Shown here in pieces: positions 59,145 to 64,000 of a stretch of DNA of 64,000 nucleotides. Origin of the DNA: Gemmatimonadaceae bacterium (lineage in GTDB: Bacteria; Gemmatimonadota; Gemmatimonadetes; Gemmatimonadales; Gemmatimonadaceae); NCBI GenBank assembly GCA_033763905.1, contig JANRJP010000009.1, forward strand, positions 1 through 64,000, written 5' to 3'. The notes beneath the pieces were generated by a model, which was not told where the DNA came from, made no database searches, and was given only the letters and a program-made list of their open reading frames with translations. Every line of letters starts with the position of its first letter. Position 1 is the first letter of the stretch. Position numbers and translations under genes: made by a program.

Positions 59145-61130
59145 TCAGGCCGCGCGATCGACCGCCGCCCCTCCGCGCCGGACGTCCGGTAGCACGAAGC
59201 GTTGAATCGTCTCCTGCATTCGTGCCGCCTGGCCCGCGAGTTCCTGCGATGCCGCGGAGCTTTCCTCGGCGCTGGCCGCCACGTTCTGCGTGTTCCCCTG
59301 CATTGCTGCAATCGAGGTATCGATCTCGCGGACGGCGGACTGCTGGCCCGTGCTCGCGACCGATACATCGTTGAGCACGCTGGCGACCCGGGTGAACTTC
59401 TCGTCGATGTCGGCGAGCCGCGCTTCGGCGGCGGCGGCGATGTCGACACCAGCGGCCGAGTTGCCGAGCTGTGTTTCGATCAGGGTTGCCGTCTCGCGCG
59501 CCGCCGTGGCAGAACGCAAGGCGAGGGCGCGAACCTCTTCCGCGACGACCGCGAAGCCACGTCCGGCGTCGCCGGCGCGCGCCGCTTCGACGGCGGCGTT
59601 CAGCGCCAGCAGATTGGTCTGGAAGGCGATCTCGTCGATCGTCTTGACGATCTTCGCGGTATCGCTGCTCGAGGCCCGAATACGCTGGACGGCATCGCGC
59701 AGCTGATGCATCGCGGCGACACCCGCTGACGCGCTCGCGCGGGCCTCCGAGGCGAGGTGTGTTGCCGTCTGCACGCTGGCGGCATTCTGCGCGGCGCCAG
59801 CCCCCAGTTCCGCGACCGTGGCCCCGATCTCTTCGAGGCCGGCCGCCTGCTCGCTCGCGCCGCGGGCCAGGTTGTCACTGGTGGCCGCGATTTCGGTCGA
59901 GGCAGCGGTCACCTCGGTGCTTGCGGCGCGCACATCCAGCAACGTGATGGCCAAAGCGTCGAGCGCCGAGTTCAGCGCTTGCTTGACCGTCGCGTGATCG
60001 CCGCGGTAGTTGCCGGTGACGCGGGCGGTCAGGTCGCCCTCGGCCAGCTTGCCGAGGACACTGGCCGTCTCGTTGGCCGGTTCGGTCGTGGCTTCGAGCG
60101 TGGCGTTGACGCCCTCGAGCATCTCGCGGAATGCCCCGGTGACGCGATTGGCGTCGGCGCGCGCCGACAAGTCGCCGGCACGAGCGGCGGTGGCCAGCTG
60201 CTGGGCTTCCTCGATCATCACTTGCAAGGCGCCGACGGAACGCGTGAACGTCTCGTTCGTCTCGTAGGCGGCAACGAGCATTGCATCGAGAGAGCTCGCG
60301 AGCGCGCCGAGTTCATCGACGCGGTCCATCCGCATCGGTGGAATCTGCTTGAGCGGGACCGTCGTGAGGTCACCGGTCGCGACGCGACGTCCTGTCTCGG
60401 CGAGCGGCTCCAGGACTGCCGTGGTGACGAGGGCGGCGCGGGACACGACACACTGGATCTCGAGGCCAACCGCACGCACGCGCCAGTAGCCGACCCCAGC
60501 GATCAGCAGGGCCGCAAGGCCGAGCGTGATGGTGGACGCCCAGAAGGCGCGCGCCGCCTCGGCGCGCAGACTCTCGGTCGCGGTCTGCACCTGGCCCTCG
60601 GCCAGCTCCGATAGCTGTCCGACCAGCGACTCGTAGTCTCGCTGGGCGGGCAGGTATTGCCCGAAGTACGTCTTGGTGGCCGAGTCCGGAGCACCGCTGG
60701 CCACGAGTTCCAGGATCGTGGTCCCGAGCGGTTGCAGCGTAGTGGAGTCTGCGGCGTTCAACGCGACGATGCGCGTGTGCATTTCGGGCGAGCGCCCGAG
60801 GCTGTCGAGTCGGCGATACGTCGCCTGCAACGAGTCGAAGGCCTCGATCCGCTGCAGCGATTGATCGGCGATCTGTTCCGGATTCAGCAGCATCGCCTTC
60901 GTGGCGGCGTCCTCGATCAGGACCAGACTACGCGCCCGCATCGCCAGCTCCTTTACCTCACGCGCCCGCAGGAGTTCCGCGACGTGCTCGTGCTGGGCGC
61001 CGCGCGAGCGGAAGGCGAGGCCGGTGCCGACCAGGACGAGGGGTACCAGCAGTGCGATGACGAGCAGCGTGATGCTGGCAGCCAGGGAGCGCGGCGCAAA
61101 ACGGTCCCGCCACGGGCGCGATGTGGTCAT
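59145..61130 (-). CDS. Methyl-accepting chemotaxis protein (2 TM, helical periplasmic domain, poly-HAMP)
   Basis: TM1, helical sensor, TM2, HAMP repeats, and [34 protein letters not shown]. Confidence 0.95.
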   Translation of the reverse strand: MTTSRPWRDRFAPRSLAASITLLVIALLVPLVLVGTGLAFRSRGAQHEHVAELLRAREVKELAMRARSLVLIEDAATKAMLLNPEQIADQSLQRIEAFDSLQATYRRLDSLGRSPEMHTRIVALNAADSTTLQPLGTTILELVASGAPDSATKTYFGQYLPAQRDYESLVGQLSELAEGQVQTATESLRAEAARAFWASTITLGLAALLIAGVGYWRVRAVGLEIQCVVSRAALVTTAVLEPLAETGRRVATGDLTTVPLKQIPPMRMDRVDELGALASSLDAMLVAAYETNETFTRSVGALQVMIEEAQQLATAARAGDLSARADANRVTGAFREMLEGVNATLEATTEPANETASVLGKLAEGDLTARVTGNYRGDHATVKQALNSALDALAITLLDVRAASTEVTAASTEIAATSDNLARGASEQAAGLEEIGATVAELGAGAAQNAASVQTATHLASEARASASAGVAAMHQLRDAVQRIRASSSDTAKIVKTIDEIAFQTNLLALNAAVEAARAGDAGRGFAVVAEEVRALALRSATAARETATLIETQLGNSAAGVDIAAAAEARLADIDEKFTRVASVLNDVSVASTGQQSAVREIDTSIAAMQGNTQNVAASAEESSAASQELAGQAARMQETIQRFVLPDVRRGGAAVDRAA

Positions 61131-61157
61131 TGATGGAGTCCGGAAGCGAGCTCGGTG

Positions 61158-61469
61158 TTACTTCGCGACGGTGATCTTGAGCTTCATCTTCGGATGGAAC
61201 GCGCAGCGCACATCGAACGACCCTTCACGCGTGAAGGAGACTTCGTGTTCGGTTCCGGGCGCCATCTTCACCACATTGAAGGCGAAGCCGGGCGCACTGC
61301 TGAAGACATTGTGGGCGACGTCGTCGTCGTTCTTGAAGACGAGCTTTTCGCCGGGCTTGACGGTGACTTCTGCCGTCGAGAACGCCTTGCCCTTCTGTCC
61401 GACGACGGTGGGGGCGACAGGGGCGGTCGTCAGGAGCAGCGCAGGCAACAGCACGAAACGGCGGGACAT
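61158..61469 (-). CDS. Small type-1 blue-copper cupredoxin (amicyanin/plastocyanin-like)
   Basis: Short signal peptide; N-D..AHNV His ligand; C-terminal CAFHPKM (CxxHxxM). Confidence 0.88.
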   Translation of the reverse strand: MSRRFVLLPALLLTTAPVAPTVVGQKGKAFSTAEVTVKPGEKLVFKNDDDVAHNVFSSAPGFAFNVVKMAPGTEHEVSFTREGSFDVRCAFHPKMKLKITVAK

Positions 61470-61520
61470 ACCAACCTCACGAGGACACGGGGGATGATCT
61501 CGCGGCCCGTCTCCCGCGAG

Positions 61521-61558
61521 CAACGTGTCACGTTGTCGGGCGGAGATGCCGCATCTCC
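61521..61558. promoter_or_regulatory. Two adjacent perfect palindromes between pufC and cupredoxin
   Basis: CAACGTG-T-CACGTTG (61521-61535) and GGAGATGC-C-GCATCTCC (61542-61558). Confidence 0.4.
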
Positions 61559-61594
61559 CACGAGTATCGGTCGCTACGCGCCGCGCGTTGACGG

Positions 61595-62575
61595 TTAATC
61601 AGTTCTTGACGCGGGTTCCGTCCAGGCGGCGCGTCCCCACAGCGCCGGGAAGTGCTGCGCCATCTGGGCGCCGAACAGTGGCTTGTACGTCCCGTTGTGG
61701 CAGGTCACGCACTGCAGCTTGGGCGCGTCGCCCATCGGCCCCAGGCGGTTGACGGGAAAGGTGGATTGCAGAGGGGACAGGAAATTCGAGTTCAGGTCGC
61801 GCAGCATCAGAATGCCGGCGTAGGCCGTGACACGTGCTGGTGGCGCCTGCGTCCAGCTCGAGAACTGTCGAGTGTTGTGGCAGTACGTGCAGTTGACCCC
61901 AAGCGACTGGGACTGGCTGATCATCAGCGCGTACGTCCATTCGGCGTGCTTGACGCTACTGCGGTTGCCGTTGCCTGGCGTGATCTCCTGCGAGATGACC
62001 CGCGCGCCATCGCGATCCAGATAGTGCCGCAGGTAGTCGTCGGCCGAGCCGTAGAACCAGAGGCCGTTCGGCAGCGCCTTGCCCAGATGACAGGTGTAGC
62101 AGGTCACGCCGGTCTGTTTGACGTGCCCGCGATGGGTGGTGTTGATCTGACGCGTCATCTGGATCATTCGTCGCGCCACCAGCTTCCGGTACAGCGGTTT
62201 GCCATCCGGTGTGGTATCAGACCACGGCTCGTTGACGTTGTGGCAGAACGCGCACTGCTCCGGCCCGCCGCCAACCCACGTGGCCATTGACTCCATCGTC
62301 CGCAGAAACTCGGGGACGCCGATGTCGGTCAGCACCTGCACGTTCTGCCACGGCAAATCGCCCGGGGGGGACGGCTCAGCGGGCGGGGGGATCGGTGGGA
62401 TGCTGGTGGCCTCGAACTTCCGCATCAGCGGCCCGTGCTGGTAGTTCTGCTCCATCGCGGTCCCGCGATACCCGCGCTGGACCGTATCGATGGCGGCATC
62501 GCCGATGCAACCCAGTGTAGCGAGCACGAGTACGCCCAGGGCGGGCAACAGAAGCGCAGTCGGGCGACGTGGCAC
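61595..62575 (-). CDS. pufC: Photosynthetic reaction-centre tetraheme cytochrome c subunit
   Basis: Lipobox-like TLG-C, VQRGYRGTAMEQ, WQNVQVL, four CxxCH motifs (CAFCH, CYTCH, CTYCH, CVTCH), ARRMIQMT, RLGPMGDAPK and YKPLFG. Start set at GTG 62575. Confidence 0.93.
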   Translation of the reverse strand: MPRRPTALLLPALGVLVLATLGCIGDAAIDTVQRGYRGTAMEQNYQHGPLMRKFEATSIPPIPPPAEPSPPGDLPWQNVQVLTDIGVPEFLRTMESMATWVGGGPEQCAFCHNVNEPWSDTTPDGKPLYRKLVARRMIQMTRQINTTHRGHVKQTGVTCYTCHLGKALPNGLWFYGSADDYLRHYLDRDGARVISQEITPGNGNRSSVKHAEWTYALMISQSQSLGVNCTYCHNTRQFSSWTQAPPARVTAYAGILMLRDLNSNFLSPLQSTFPVNRLGPMGDAPKLQCVTCHNGTYKPLFGAQMAQHFPALWGRAAWTEPASRTD

Positions 62576-62700
62576 GGTCTCGAGGTCTGGAGGACAAGTC
62601 TCGGCTGTCGCGAACGTGCCGCCGGCTGACGGTGGCCGCAATGTCGAACGCGGGTTAAATCAGCATTAACCAAACGCCTTCGCCCTCTCCCGGACGAGCT

Positions 62701-64000
62701 ATGCACCGATACGCCGCTTCCGCTCTCGCGCCGCTACTTCTGGCGCCGCTGCTTCTGGCCGCGCAGCCAGCCGGGGTGCGTCCCACGTCGCGCCAGCAGT
62801 TCCCACAGGACCCTGCAGCGGGGGTTCCGGCGCTCGCGCCAATAGCCACCGGGACGCGCAGCGAACTTGCCGACGTGGTCACGCGATTCGCCGCGGACCA
62901 GCAGGCCTTGCAGCGACGCTACGACGCGCCAGAGTCTGCGGTGCAGCGCACCCGGATGCGCGCGTTCTACGCCTCGTGGCGGCAGCGGCTTGGCGAACTC
63001 GACTTCGCGTCGCTGTCGACCGAAGGCAAGGTCGACTACGTCCTGCTCGACAACCACGTGCGGTATCAGCTGGACGTGATGGATCGCGCCGCTCGCCAGC
63101 GCGATGAGACCGCCCCACTCCTCCCGTTTGCGGCGCGGCTGCTGGCACTACAGGACGTGCGTCGCGATCTGGTGACGATCAACGCGCAGCAGGCCGCGCG
63201 TACGGTGGCGCAGGTGACCCGCGAAGTGGATAGTCTGCGCGCCCTGTACGAGGCACCGCCCGCGCGCGTCGCCGGTGACTCGGCGAACGCACGGAGCCAG
63301 CGACCGACGCCGCCCAAGGTTTCGCGCACGGTGGGCAATCGCGCCGCTGACGAAGTCGATCAGGTGCGCAGCACGGTCGGGCAGTGGTTCCGCTATTACA
63401 ACGGCTACGACCCACTGTTCTCGTGGTGGGTGAGCAATCCGTATCAGCGGCTCGACGAATCACTGCGCCGCTACGCGCAGACGATTCGGCAGCGCGTCGT
63501 TGGCATCACGCCGGCGCCAGCCGTGGCCGCCGGCGGCGCGGCGGGGCCCGCTGCGCAGGCCCCGCGCAATGCGGCGGCCGCCAACGAACCGATCATCGGC
63601 GACCCGATTGGTGCCGAAGGGCTGGCGATGGACCTCAAGCACGCGATGATCCCGTACACCGCCGATGAACTGATCGCGATCGCCGAGCGGGAGTATGCGT
63701 TCAGTCTCGCCGAAGCAAAGAAGGCCGCGAAGGAACTGGGTTTCGGGGACGACTGGAAGGCGGCGATGGAGCAGGTAAAGAACCGCTACGTCGAGCCGGG
63801 CAAGCAGCCGGATCTCATTCGTGATCTCGCGAACGAGGCCGACACCTTCTTCGCGCAGCACGACTGGGTGACGATTCCGCCGCTTGCGCGCGAAGACTGG
63901 CGGATGGAGATGCTCTCTCCCGAACGGCAGCGCGTGAGTCCGTTCTTCCTGGGGGGCGAGAGCATTCTGGTGTCGTATCCCACGGCGGAGATGACCGACG
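62701..64000 (+). CDS. Exported DUF885-like protein, 3'-partial
   Basis: Open frame from ATG 62701 to the window end; signal peptide; VDYVLL, YNGYDPLFSWW, GDPIG, SPERQRVSPFFLGGE. Confidence 0.75.
   Translation, partial: MHRYAASALAPLLLAPLLLAAQPAGVRPTSRQQFPQDPAAGVPALAPIATGTRSELADVVTRFAADQQALQRRYDAPESAVQRTRMRAFYASWRQRLGELDFASLSTEGKVDYVLLDNHVRYQLDVMDRAARQRDETAPLLPFAARLLALQDVRRDLVTINAQQAARTVAQVTREVDSLRALYEAPPARVAGDSANARSQRPTPPKVSRTVGNRAADEVDQVRSTVGQWFRYYNGYDPLFSWWVSNPYQRLDESLRRYAQTIRQRVVGITPAPAVAAGGAAGPAAQAPRNAAAANEPIIGDPIGAEGLAMDLKHAMIPYTADELIAIAEREYAFSLAEAKKAAKELGFGDDWKAAMEQVKNRYVEPGKQPDLIRDLANEADTFFAQHDWVTIPPLAREDWRMEMLSPERQRVSPFFLGGESILVSYPTAEMTD

Noticed and set aside
62576..62700. PpsR/CrtJ site (TGT-N12-ACA) upstream of pufC
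   Set aside because: Only a near miss was found (TGT-N12-AAA at 62642); no exact site.
61595..64000. Edge of a photosynthesis gene cluster
   Set aside because: The gene upstream of pufC is a divergent DUF885-like CDS. No pufL/M/B/A, bch, crt or puh motifs were seen in the window.

Overview
A high-GC, gene-dense stretch of bacterial chromosome with about 55 CDSs. The many Hanks-type Ser/Thr kinases, TPR proteins and the style of the PufC sequence suggest Gemmatimonadota (inference). Housekeeping genes include a partial PBP1A, lon, an rhlE-like helicase, pfkA, sthA, ispH, glnK-amtB, msrA and mtgA. I found no rRNA, tRNA, CRISPR array, transposase or integrase. The most striking locus is 58.1-62.6 kb. 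An intact tetraheme photosynthetic reaction-centre cytochrome gene (pufC) has no pufLM or bch genes nearby. It lies co-directionally upstream of a blue-copper cupredoxin and two chemoreceptors, a candidate electron-donor and light/redox-taxis module. Other notable items are: three tandem divergent paralogues of an unknown two-Cys membrane protein family, plus a fourth relative; a tandem pair of paralogous membrane kinases; a DExH helicase with apparently permuted motif order; a GH109/SSS/GHMP-kinase/nucleotidyltransferase sugar-salvage cluster; a P-II lacking the modifiable Tyr51; and many probably leaderless genes, including an 18-bp bidirectional promoter. All calls come from reading motifs by eye; no database searches were run.
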